From Desulfobacterales bacterium (lineage in GTDB: Bacteria > Desulfobacterota > Desulfobacteria > Desulfobacterales > UBA11574), in NCBI GenBank assembly GCA_024641825.1, contig JAHECI010000005.1, positions 1 through 40,073 of the forward strand: DNA of 40,073 nt, written 5' to 3'. A model generated the notes under the pieces. It did no database searches, was not told the origin of the DNA, and saw nothing but the letters and a program-made list of their open reading frames with translations. The translations under genes and the position numbers were made by a program. Below, one piece after another: positions 9,616 through 17,873 of the stretch. Position 1 is the first letter of the stretch. Each line of letters begins with the position of its first letter.

Positions 9616-9699
9616 GTTATTTGTTATTTGTTATTAGAAAATTGAGGTTGGAGGGTGGTGCTGCGCGTAAACCGCTTGGCGCAAAGCGCAGAGAGTAAA
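9616..9699. repeat. Two short heptamer tandem repeats
   Basis: GTTATTT-GTTATTT-GTTATTA (9616-9636) and GCGCAAA-GCGCAGA-GAGTAAA (9679-9699). Confidence 0.45.
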
Positions 9700-9989
9700 G
9701 CAGTTCCCAAAAAAATATTTTCCAATTGAAATGCATGTGGTCACAATTTCGGTAAGCTGTAGGATTGTTCCGTTTTGATCGGGAAGCTGTTTGAGCAAAT
9801 TAGAGCGCGTTAAAGTGAACAGCAAAGAGGTTGGTCAAAATTATGGATAATTATCATTTTCCCGCCGTGCAATCTTAATACGTAAGACCTGTTCGCTTTT
9901 ACGCGGTTTTTTTTGCGAGTTCTTGCCGATCAAAACGGAATTGTCCTGCAGCTGAAACGGGATGTTATTTTAAGAAAGGATGTTGATCC

Positions 9990-10718
9990 ATGGAAAACAA
10001 CATATCCCCCATTTCGTCGAACGACACCTTCACGTTTTCATGCTCCCAAAAAGTCGCCTGTTTCAATGAATGTTGTCGAGATCTGAACCAGTTTCTCACC
10101 CCTTACGACATCCTGCGCCTTAAAAACAGACTCGACTTGACATCGCGTATTTTTCTTGAGCGTTATACCACCCAGCACATTGGTCCTGAAACCGGACTTC
10201 CCGTAATCACGCTTAAAACAGACTACGCTCACAAATTTAAGTGCCCGTTTGTGACCGAGTCAGGATGCAGGGTATACGAAGATCGTCCGTCCTCGTGCCG
10301 GACGTATCCGCTGATCCGGGTTGCATCCCGGTCCAGAGAAACCGGCACGGTCACCGAACAGTACATGCTGTTAAAAGAAGCGCACTGTTTGGGATGTAAA
10401 CAGGGACACCGCTGGACGGTGCAGGATTGGATAGAAAATCAGGAGGTTGCCATTTACAATCAAATGAACGACATGTTCATGGAGATCATCGGCCTCAAAC
10501 ATCACCGCTTGCCCGGTCCGCTGGATGTAAAATCGGGTCTTATGTTTCACCTGGCGTGTTATGATCTTGACACCTTCAGATCCCATATCTTCGATAACGA
10601 TCTTTTAGGTGACTGGAATCTGGACCCAAAGACGATAGATGCCCTAAAACATGACCATGTCGAGCTGTTGAAACTCGGTTTTGAATGGGTCAAAGAGACC
10701 CTGTTTGGAAAACCTTGA
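9990..10718 (+). CDS. YkgJ-family (CxxCxxCC-type) cysteine-cluster protein
   Basis: FSC....ACFNECC, CPF....C.VYEDRPSSCRTYP and a later CLGC; AAAGGA RBS. Confidence 0.85.
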   Translation: MENNISPISSNDTFTFSCSQKVACFNECCRDLNQFLTPYDILRLKNRLDLTSRIFLERYTTQHIGPETGLPVITLKTDYAHKFKCPFVTESGCRVYEDRPSSCRTYPLIRVASRSRETGTVTEQYMLLKEAHCLGCKQGHRWTVQDWIENQEVAIYNQMNDMFMEIIGLKHHRLPGPLDVKSGLMFHLACYDLDTFRSHIFDNDLLGDWNLDPKTIDALKHDHVELLKLGFEWVKETLFGKP

Positions 10719-10737
10719 CAGGATTAGGGATGAAACT

Positions 10738-11553
10738 ATGAAAATCAAAGATAAGGTCGCGCTGGTTCTCGGCGCGATAAAAGGAATCGGCAAAAGCATC
10801 GGACTGGCCCTTGCAGACGAAGGGGCCAAGGTCGCTTTTAACTATTTCGACTGGGAAGAAAGTCTTGTTGAATTAAAACAAGATGTTGTCAAAACCGGCC
10901 AGGATCACCTGCTCATCAAAACAGATTTGCTCGAGGGCGAGAAAATTCCAGAACTTGTCAAAAAAGTCGTGGATCATTTCGGCCGACTCGACATTCTAAT
11001 CAACAACATCGAACGGGGCGGATGGCCGGTGGTTCATGGACCGTATGTTCAGGGACAGTGGGACCTGGAACTGGCCACCACCTTGCGGACAAAAACATGG
11101 ACGTTTGAATCCGCCCTCCCCTATCTTAAAAAATCGGGGGACGGCGTGGTCATAAACCTTTCGTCCATTGCGGCCATCGTGGGCCGGTCGGGTCCTGCCA
11201 GCTACATATTCAACGAAGGCTATGCAGCAGCCAACCGCGGCGTTTCTTTGTTGACCGAGACCTGGGCCCGCATGGGCGCTCCGGAAGTGCGCGTCAATGA
11301 AATCATGCTCGGTTTTGTTGAAACCCGTCATGGGGAAAAAACCAGGGGCTGGGGCTTGCTCACCGATGCACAGAAAGCAGCGATTAGGGACCATACCCTC
11401 CTCTTGCGTTCCGGCACCCTGGCGGATGTGGTGAAAGCCGTTCTTTTTATTATAAAAGACGCGCCCTTTATGACGGGAAGCGTTCTACGGCTTGACGGCG
11501 GTTATGTCCTGGGTGGCGAAAAGGTCGCGCCCATGCCCAAAGGGGTGCTTTGA
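10738..11553 (+). CDS. SDR-family oxidoreductase, atypical (pteridine-reductase/FolM-like features)
   Basis: LGAIKGIG Rossmann motif, GRLDILINN, INLSS, APEVRVN, FMTGSVLRLDGG. Catalytic YxxxK reads YAAAN. Start placed at ATG 10738. Confidence 0.85.
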   Translation: MKIKDKVALVLGAIKGIGKSIGLALADEGAKVAFNYFDWEESLVELKQDVVKTGQDHLLIKTDLLEGEKIPELVKKVVDHFGRLDILINNIERGGWPVVHGPYVQGQWDLELATTLRTKTWTFESALPYLKKSGDGVVINLSSIAAIVGRSGPASYIFNEGYAAANRGVSLLTETWARMGAPEVRVNEIMLGFVETRHGEKTRGWGLLTDAQKAAIRDHTLLLRSGTLADVVKAVLFIIKDAPFMTGSVLRLDGGYVLGGEKVAPMPKGVL

Positions 11554-11580
11554 AATTAAATAGGGTTGAATGAGCACTCG

Positions 11581-11622
11581 TTGAATATCGAATGTCGAAC
11601 AAGGAATTTCGAATAATAAAGG
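11581..11622. repeat. 7-nt-periodic repeat arm between convergent SDR and ykgJ genes
   Basis: TGAATAT-CGAATGT-CGAACAA-GGAATTT-CGAATAA-TAAAGG. Confidence 0.55.
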
Positions 11623-11640
11623 TTTTCATTATCAATACTT

Positions 11641-11704
11641 GAGGTTTTGTAAAAAGTCTTTTGTGAGGGACTTCGAGCAAAATCAGACTTTTTACGAAAC
11701 CGTC
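11641..11704. mobile_element. MITE-like element, family B, short internally deleted copy
   Basis: GAGGTTTTGTAAAAAGTCTTTTGTGAGGGACTTCGAGCAA/AATCAGACTTTTTACGAAACCGTC matches both ends of the 14818-15007 copy in reverse orientation, with the interior missing. Confidence 0.72.
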
Positions 11705-11746
11705 AATATTCTGCGGTTCAAAAATAGTTCGCGTTCCTTCGTAAAG

Positions 11747-12529
11747 CTAACGCATTTTAAAATATTTAGATTGAATCCCCCAGACGTAAAATTTTACCCA
11801 TTCAAATCCGAATTTCATCAATTCCCCATCATCGGAACGGATTTGTTTCAAGATTTTTGATTTTACTTTATAGCGCTTTAAAAAGGTGCTTTTAAACAAA
11901 AATTCACGGAATGGGTCCATATTGTAGGTGGCCATGAACGCCATCTTGGCTTTGGGGCCTTCCGTCCCCTGGGAACCCCAGGGATCCGTTTGGAAAAGGC
12001 GTTTCAATTCCGCCCATCGAGCGGTCATTTTATTATATAAAACAGCATCTTGATCCTTGGCCCATGTTTGGGGGGTCCACTCTTTTTTTTCGTGCTGTCC
12101 CATACAGAAGTCCGGCGGTTTAAAAAAATGAACAACCTCTGTTCGATTCCCCTCGACATCATAAAAAACCCCCTGCTCCACCGGAAAGGTACGGCAGGTA
12201 TCGGGACGATCCGGATACACCGAACAGCCGGAGGCATTTAGAAACGGGCAGGTTTTTTCTTCATTTTCAGACATCTGCAAAAGTACTTCGGGGAAAAAAC
12301 TACCCGGCCGCAAGACAATATCGACGTATTTTTCCAGAAACCGATCCGAGTCCATATTCAGCCGCCGTTTCAGTCGGACAACGTCATAGGGGTACAAAAA
12401 AAGATTGAGATTTCGGCAGCATCGATTAAAACAGGGAATCCCCGGATAACAGTGAAAATTAAAGCTGTCTTCGGTTTCAAGCCGTCTGCCGGGCAGTCTG
12501 TCGAGATCGTCGATATCTATCTGTTTCAT
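11747..12529 (-). CDS. YkgJ-family cysteine-cluster protein (paralog of 9990-10718)
   Basis: FHC.PGIPCFNRCCRNLNLFLYPYDVVRLK and CPFL...GCSVYPDRPDTCRTFP; collinear with the first YkgJ through the C-terminal LMKFGFEWVK. Confidence 0.85.
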   Translation of the reverse strand: MKQIDIDDLDRLPGRRLETEDSFNFHCYPGIPCFNRCCRNLNLFLYPYDVVRLKRRLNMDSDRFLEKYVDIVLRPGSFFPEVLLQMSENEEKTCPFLNASGCSVYPDRPDTCRTFPVEQGVFYDVEGNRTEVVHFFKPPDFCMGQHEKKEWTPQTWAKDQDAVLYNKMTARWAELKRLFQTDPWGSQGTEGPKAKMAFMATYNMDPFREFLFKSTFLKRYKVKSKILKQIRSDDGELMKFGFEWVKFYVWGIQSKYFKMR

Positions 12530-12614
12530 GCTTCACCCAACGAACAACAACCCATTATCTTTAATCCTAGAACCATCGATATGCTCTCCCATACCCCCCA
12601 GGTAACTTTTGTTA

Positions 12615-12904
12615 GTAAAACGTGAAACGTAAAAAGTAAAAAGTTGCTGAAAATCATCATATTAAACCCTAAAAGAGATTAATTATTTGAAGGGTCGGGG
12701 AGTTTTTATTCTAACTTCTTGAGTACCAGCGGAATGGATGATCTTTTTTTAAATCGGATGCGGTTTAAAAAAGATCATTCATGGAGCGACTTTATTAAAA
12801 AAACACCCCGACCCTTCAATTATTTAAGAATGTTATAGATAAACTCAACACATTTTCAAAGAATTTCTTGCCAACTTTTAACCTTTCACTTTTTACCTTT
12901 CACC
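12615..12904. repeat. Large imperfect palindrome with heptamer-periodic arms enclosing a MITE
   Basis: Left arm GTAAAAC-GTGAAAC-GTAAAAA-GTAAAAA-GTTG; right arm CAACTTTTAACCTTTCACTTTTTACCTTTCACC. Confidence 0.55.
12688..12818. mobile_element. MITE-like element, family A, copy 1 (131 bp)
   Basis: TIR TGAAGGGTCGGGG / CCCCGACCCTTCA; 6-bp direct repeat ATTATT on both sides; internal hairpin with a GATG loop; near-identical second copy at 35384-35663. Confidence 0.85.
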
Positions 12905-12934
12905 GTTAACATGTCCGCCAACCGCCCTGCTCAC

Positions 12935-12969
12935 TAAACCTCGAACCCTGAACCATGACACCTGAAACC
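12935..12969. repeat. Heptamer tandem repeat downstream of the third ykgJ-like gene
   Basis: TAAACCT-CGAACCC-TGAACCA-TGACACC-TGAAACC. Confidence 0.5.
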
Positions 12970-12979
12970 CATCCGATCC

Positions 12980-13600
12980 TCATCGATGACCGTATGATCT
13001 TATCATCTCAGCAACGGTCATCTTGATTTTTATCGGCATCCCCACAGCCTGCCTGAGCTCCTTTTCCAGCCCTGCCATTTCCAGATAGAGCGGGGTCCGG
13101 TCAAACTTAAAACGCGGTTTCCCTTGAAACTGTGTGGTGAAAGCGCCACACCCCGAAGCCTGCACCAATCCCCCCCCGGGACTCTGAAGTTCGTGGGGAA
13201 TGCCGTGCAATCTGCATATCATGGGCCGGTAAGCATAAAGGAGACAGACGCTGTCGACACACAGGGGGCACATCATTCGTACCGGAACGCCTTTTGCATC
13301 GGCATGACCGGTTTCCCGGCAAACCTCCAAGGCCCGGCCCGTTATCTGGGCCCGTCTTTCACCATCAAGGGTGTTGAGGCCGTCAAGAATATAGAGGTAT
13401 TCCAAAAGGGTATAATGATAGAAACGGGTGAAGCAGCAGTTGTCGTCGCACCCCGTACAGTTGAAGCCATAATAATCCGCTGCTGCCTGGTATTTTCCAT
13501 CCATGGCTGCGTAGATTTTTTTTAACCGGCCCAGGAAAGGAAGATAGGTGTTCCGGCCGACTCCGGCCAAGAGATCATGGATAGGGTCCCGTGGGTTCAT
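12980..13600 (-). CDS. YkgJ-like cysteine-cluster protein (divergent)
   Basis: FNCTGCDDNCC and CPLC....C.LY.YRPMICRLHGIP. Confidence 0.75.
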   Translation of the reverse strand: MNPRDPIHDLLAGVGRNTYLPFLGRLKKIYAAMDGKYQAAADYYGFNCTGCDDNCCFTRFYHYTLLEYLYILDGLNTLDGERRAQITGRALEVCRETGHADAKGVPVRMMCPLCVDSVCLLYAYRPMICRLHGIPHELQSPGGGLVQASGCGAFTTQFQGKPRFKFDRTPLYLEMAGLEKELRQAVGMPIKIKMTVAEMIRSYGHR

Positions 13601-13618
13601 ATATTGACCTTCACCGGG

Positions 13619-14674
13619 CTAAAACTGCGGCGAGGGGAAAAAGATTTTCTTGTAAAGGTTCAACGCATCTCGATCGGTCATGCTGGCAATGAAATCACAA
13701 ACGATCCTTTCGATGGGAAGTCGGTTGTGATAACAGCCGGCCATCTGCATATTTTCAAGACTTTTCTGAAGCATCTTTTCATTCTCCAAGAAAAAGCCGT
13801 AAAGTTCGGACAAAATCTTTTTGGCTTTTTCAAATTCTTTGTGAACTCGCGGAGAACGATAGACCTTTTCATAAAGAAACTCTCTCAATACGGTCATGCT
13901 GGAATAGACTCGATCGCTCATCTCCAGACACAGCTTACCATCGCGAACACAGGTGGAAAATACCAGATCTTTTATCATGGTGTTGGCGCGTTCCGAATGG
14001 GTGCGTCCGAGAACCTTTATACACGAATCCGGAATCTGGTGGGAAGTGACCACGCCGCTTCTTACGGCATCATCCAAATCATGATTAAGATATGCCATAA
14101 TATCGGCGATCCGAACGATATTTCCTTCGGTGGTGCAGGCCTCCTCGGCGGGATCATCCGGCATAATCTTTCCATACCCCTTGGAATGCTTTAAAATGCC
14201 GTCCCGCACCTCATAGGTCAGATTCAGTCCCCGACCGTTATTCTCCAGAACATCCACCACACGCAAGCTCTGTTCCTTGTGTGAAAAATCGGGGGAAAAT
14301 ATTTCTTTGAGAACCGTTTCGCCGCCGTGGCCAAAGGGCGTATGCCCCAGGTCGTGGCCCAATGCAATGGCTTCGGCCAAATCCTCGTTGAGACGCATGG
14401 CCCGGGCGATGTTTCTCGCAATTTCAGACACTTCAAGGGTATGGGTCAGGCGGGTCCGATACTCGTCGCCCAAGGGAGATAGAAAAACCTGGGTCTTATA
14501 TTTTAACCGTCTGAAAGCATTGGAATATACAATTCGGTCCCTGTCCACCTGAAAAACGGTTCGGATGGGACAGAGGTCTTCTGATCTCCTACGGCCCCGG
14601 GATTCGGCGCTCACACATCCAAAAGGTGAAATAAAGCCTTTTTCACGTTTTTCAAAATCTTCGCGGATACTCAT
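13619..14674 (-). CDS. dgt: Deoxyguanosinetriphosphate triphosphohydrolase (HD-domain dGTPase-like)
   Basis: FQVDRDRI..S.AFRRLKYKTQVF, RTRLTHTLEV, HDLGHTPFGH.GE and DFIASMTD. Start placed at MSIRE (14674); 14692 is an alternative. Confidence 0.92.
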   Translation of the reverse strand: MSIREDFEKREKGFISPFGCVSAESRGRRRSEDLCPIRTVFQVDRDRIVYSNAFRRLKYKTQVFLSPLGDEYRTRLTHTLEVSEIARNIARAMRLNEDLAEAIALGHDLGHTPFGHGGETVLKEIFSPDFSHKEQSLRVVDVLENNGRGLNLTYEVRDGILKHSKGYGKIMPDDPAEEACTTEGNIVRIADIMAYLNHDLDDAVRSGVVTSHQIPDSCIKVLGRTHSERANTMIKDLVFSTCVRDGKLCLEMSDRVYSSMTVLREFLYEKVYRSPRVHKEFEKAKKILSELYGFFLENEKMLQKSLENMQMAGCYHNRLPIERIVCDFIASMTDRDALNLYKKIFFPSPQF

Positions 14675-14817
14675 AATCGGAAAGTTATTCATAGGAAAAT
14701 TAAATTGTAAAGAAATATTTGACCCTTTACATCCTGAAAATCTTATTTTATGCTTTTTTCCGGTTCGATATGAGATTATATTTATAATACACTGGCGCAA
14801 TTTGAAACGCTAAATTT

Positions 14818-15007
14818 GATGAACTCGTAAAAAGTCTGATTTTTCTCGCTCCGCAAGCAATTTTGGGATTCATGACTCGCCTGGCTAAATTGCAAGAACT
14901 CGGGCTAACGCCCTCAAACAGCTTGCAATTTTTAACGCCAGACGCATCATGAATCTTTCTCCAAAATTGCTCGATGTCGCTCACAAAAGACTTTTTACGA
15001 AACCGTC
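14818..15007. mobile_element. MITE-like element, family B, 190-bp copy
   Basis: TIR GATGAACTCGTAAAAAGTC / GACTTTTTACGAAACCGTC; AAATTT repeated on both flanks; internal nested palindromes (AAATTGCAAG...CTTGCAATTT). Confidence 0.8.
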
Positions 15008-15038
15008 AAATTTAGGTTTTATATAATTCCACTACCTG

Positions 15039-15641
15039 TTGACCACCCATCGATCCGGGTTGGAAAGGTTCAATAAAGCGTTGAAAGAGACCCAAGGGCA
15101 TCACCTAGTTCTCGGCGAACTGATCGATTTTGTTACCGGTGAAACAATTCCGGACACTCATGACGAAAGATATCGGCAGCAACTGGCTCGATTGCTGGTG
15201 GCGCATAAAGGATACTTCAAAAACCAAATCCAGCCCCGCTTCGAACTTCGTGTAGCGGCTGAAAATAAACAAGCGATTTTGAAGATCGACTTTGTTGTTC
15301 ACCTTTCCGAAAGGATCTGCATGATCCTAAAATACGGCCCCGGTTCTCTGGTTACCCGGCATCGACCCGCTTTGGCGGCATCGAGACTCGTGGCACCGTA
15401 TCAGGTTCCCATTGCGGTGGTGACAAACGGCGAAGATGCAGACATACTTGAGGGTGCCACCGGCAAAATCATTTCATCCGGTCTCGAATCGATACCCGTC
15501 CAAGCCGAACTTGTCCAACGGGCTGAAAAAACAGACTTTGACCCCATATCGCCAAAACAGGCTGAAATGGAATCGAGAATCCTTTATGCCTTTGAAGTCG
15601 ATGGGAGCTGTCCGTGTGACGACACCATCTGCAGATTATAA
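15039..15641 (+). CDS. Type I restriction enzyme HsdR N-terminal-like (PD-(D/E)xK) domain protein, stand-alone
   Basis: ERYRQ.LAR.L...KGY, IDFVV and AVVTNG pattern typical of HSDR_N-like domains; C-terminal CPCDDTIC. Start codon uncertain. Confidence 0.6.
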   Translation: MTTHRSGLERFNKALKETQGHHLVLGELIDFVTGETIPDTHDERYRQQLARLLVAHKGYFKNQIQPRFELRVAAENKQAILKIDFVVHLSERICMILKYGPGSLVTRHRPALAASRLVAPYQVPIAVVTNGEDADILEGATGKIISSGLESIPVQAELVQRAEKTDFDPISPKQAEMESRILYAFEVDGSCPCDDTICRL

Positions 15642-15681
15642 CCCGCTGAAATTTATTTTATTTTGATGGAAAACCAGATAT

Positions 15682-16182
15682 ATGGACTATGAATATTTCA
15701 TGAAAAAGGCTTTAGACCAGGCAAGAAACGCCTTATCCGCCGGAGAATTCCCGGTGGGATGTGTGGTGGTCCACAAAGACCGGATTCTGACCACCGGTGC
15801 CAGAAAGGGTACCGCCGGAAACATCCCCAATGAAATCGACCATGCAGAAATGATTGCGTTGAAGCGTCTGGCCGACCTGGAGATCCATAGGGATAACCAG
15901 CGAATCGCCCTTTTCACCACACTGGAGCCCTGCCTCATGTGCCTGGGCGCGCTGATTTTAAGCGGTATCAGTGAAATTGTATATGCCTACGAAGACGTCA
16001 TGGGCGGGGGCTTGAGCTGCGATTTGAAAAATTTGATGCCCCTTTACAAAAACAGTCGAATCTCGGTTGTTCCCAACATTTTACGAAAAGAGAGCATCGA
16101 ACTTTTCCAGACCTTTTTTAATAATTCTGAAAATTCTTACTGGCAAGGAAGCCTGTTGGCAGAATACACACTCAAGCAATGA
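15682..16182 (+). CDS. Nucleoside/tRNA deaminase (TadA-like zinc deaminase)
   Basis: GEFPVGCVVV, HAE and TTLEPCLMC motifs. Confidence 0.88.
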   Translation: MDYEYFMKKALDQARNALSAGEFPVGCVVVHKDRILTTGARKGTAGNIPNEIDHAEMIALKRLADLEIHRDNQRIALFTTLEPCLMCLGALILSGISEIVYAYEDVMGGGLSCDLKNLMPLYKNSRISVVPNILRKESIELFQTFFNNSENSYWQGSLLAEYTLKQ

Positions 16183-16382
16183 CCTCCTGGAAATTTTATC
16201 CGGCCGAAGCGGAAAACCACACGCTCCTTGACGGTGATTTATTTATGCCGTCTAAATGAAAGAACCGAATGACAGAAACCCATGGTTTTATTTTCTTGCA
16301 TTTTTTTCTTGCATTTATTAGGGTTTTTATATATTTCAGACTTCGATTTATGTTTGTAATGCCTCACATGGGGTATCTTTAT

Positions 16383-16407
16383 AAAACAGAGGGCTCTCCT
16401 CTGTTTT
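16383..16407 (+). promoter_or_regulatory. Terminator-like hairpin in the infC leader
   Basis: AAAACAGAGG-GCTCT-CCTCTGTTTT about 45 nt upstream of the infC start. Confidence 0.45.
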
Positions 16408-16453
16408 CGTGTGAGTAAAAATGGCAACAATTTATGGCTCAGGAGGTGAAGGT

Positions 16454-16999
16454 ATAGCTATTTCGAAACGTACAACTCGGGGAAACAGATCAAATAGAAT
16501 AAACATCAATAGAAATATAAGGGCAAAAGAGGTCAGAGTCATAGACCCTGACGGCAATCAGATCGGCGTTATACCGACGTACAAAGCAATTGCTGTTGCC
16601 AATGATTTTGGCCTTGATCTGGTGGAAATTTCACCGAACGCCGATCCTCCTGTTTGTAAAATCATGGATTACGGCCGGTACAAATATGAACTGACCAAGA
16701 AAAAGCAGGAGGCCAAAAAGAAACAAACCACATTTCAGCTCAAAGAGATAAAGGTGCGTCCAAAGACGGGTGACCACGACCTTAACACAAAAATCGGCCA
16801 CATCAAGAAGTTTATCAATCGAAAGGATAAAGTCAAGGTAACCGTCATTTTCAGGGGCCGAGAAATTACACTCACCCAACAGGGCCGGATACTGCTCCAA
16901 AAGATTGTTCAGGAAACAGAAGAGATTGCATCGGTTGAACAGCATCCCAAAATCGAAGGCCGCACCATGGTGATGGTCCTTGCACCCAAACCCGTATAA
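16454..16999 (+). CDS. infC: Translation initiation factor IF-3, probable non-canonical ATA start
   Basis: INRNIRAKEVRVI, PPVCKIMDYGRYKYE and KEIKVRPKT. AGGAGGT (16441-16447) sits 6 nt before an in-frame ATA; the ATG at 16421 has no RBS. Confidence 0.95.
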   Translation: MAISKRTTRGNRSNRININRNIRAKEVRVIDPDGNQIGVIPTYKAIAVANDFGLDLVEISPNADPPVCKIMDYGRYKYELTKKKQEAKKKQTTFQLKEIKVRPKTGDHDLNTKIGHIKKFINRKDKVKVTVIFRGREITLTQQGRILLQKIVQETEEIASVEQHPKIEGRTMVMVLAPKPV

Positions 17000-17200
17000 A
17001 AATAATTCTGTCTTGACAACCCGTTATTGTAAATAATAAAAGGCGGTTGATCATCGGAAGCGTCAATTAGCTGTTGATGAATTCATGCCCTTGCGAATTC
17101 ATTAATAATGTTTAACATATTCTGTTTATGTAGATGGCGTGGGCTGGAATCTGTCTATGGTTCACGCCATCTATGTTTGAACCATCGGAGAGGATAAAAA

Positions 17201-17398
17201 ATGCCAAAAATAAAAACAAATCGCGCCGCAGCAAAGCGGTTTAAAAAAACAGGAAAAGGCAAATACGTCTTTGCAAAATCCCATGCAAGTCATATTTTAA
17301 CCAAAAAAACCACCAAACGAAAACGTGGTTTAAGGAAAAGTCAAATCATCGACAAAGACAATATGAAGGAAATCAGACTGTTACTTCCCAATGGGTAA
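17201..17398 (+). CDS. rpmI: 50S ribosomal protein L35
   Basis: MPKIKTNRAAAKRFKKTG...HILTKK. Confidence 0.98.
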   Translation: MPKIKTNRAAAKRFKKTGKGKYVFAKSHASHILTKKTTKRKRGLRKSQIIDKDNMKEIRLLLPNG

Positions 17399-17429
17399 CT
17401 GATTTGACATACTGTTTAGGAGAAAATCC

Positions 17430-17780
17430 ATGCGAGTAAAAAGAGGTTTTAAAGCGAGAAAACGCAGAAAAAAGGTTCTAAAATTAGCCAAAGGATTTCG
17501 TGGCGGCCGCAGCAAATTATTTCGCACAGCCGCGGATGCCGTCGATAAGGCGCTGATGTATGCTTACCGGGATCGCAGAGTCCGCAAGCGTGATTTCCGG
17601 AGACTCTGGATTGCCAGGATCAATGCGGCTGCCCGGATGAACAATCTATCTTACAGCAAATTCGTTCACGGATTGAAGCTTGCCGGTGTTGAGCTGGACC
17701 GAAAAGTTCTGGCGGAATTGGCAATATCCGATCCATCGGGCTTTACTCAGATTGCCAAACTGGCATCAGAACAGCTATGA
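17430..17780 (+). CDS. rplT: 50S ribosomal protein L20
   Basis: MRVKRG...[24 protein letters not shown]...[10 protein letters not shown]. Confidence 0.98.
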   Translation: MRVKRGFKARKRRKKVLKLAKGFRGGRSKLFRTAADAVDKALMYAYRDRRVRKRDFRRLWIARINAAARMNNLSYSKFVHGLKLAGVELDRKVLAELAISDPSGFTQIAKLASEQL

Positions 17781-17873
17781 CCCCAATCCGGATCGGCAAC
17801 ATAGAGAAACCAAAAGGGGTTTTGCTGTTGGCCTTAAATTTGTCCGGGAATGCTTTAGAGATAGAGTTCGAAA

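Noticed and set aside
9468-9825. Small ORFs 9468-9698 (+) and 9634-9825 (-)
   Set aside because: No convincing RBS or motifs, and they overlap the periodic repeats; likely non-coding regulatory DNA.
9084-9989. Rex operator (TTGTGAAnnnnTTCACAA-like) expected upstream of aprBA
   Set aside because: The best candidates around 9488-9521 (TTGTGTGTTTCATTCAG; TAATGAATTTCATACAG) match only one half-site. Cannot be supported without a PWM scan.
17781-17873. T-box or pheM-type attenuator before pheS
   Set aside because: The spacer is only about 90 bp, with no T-box motif, Phe-rich leader peptide or terminator.
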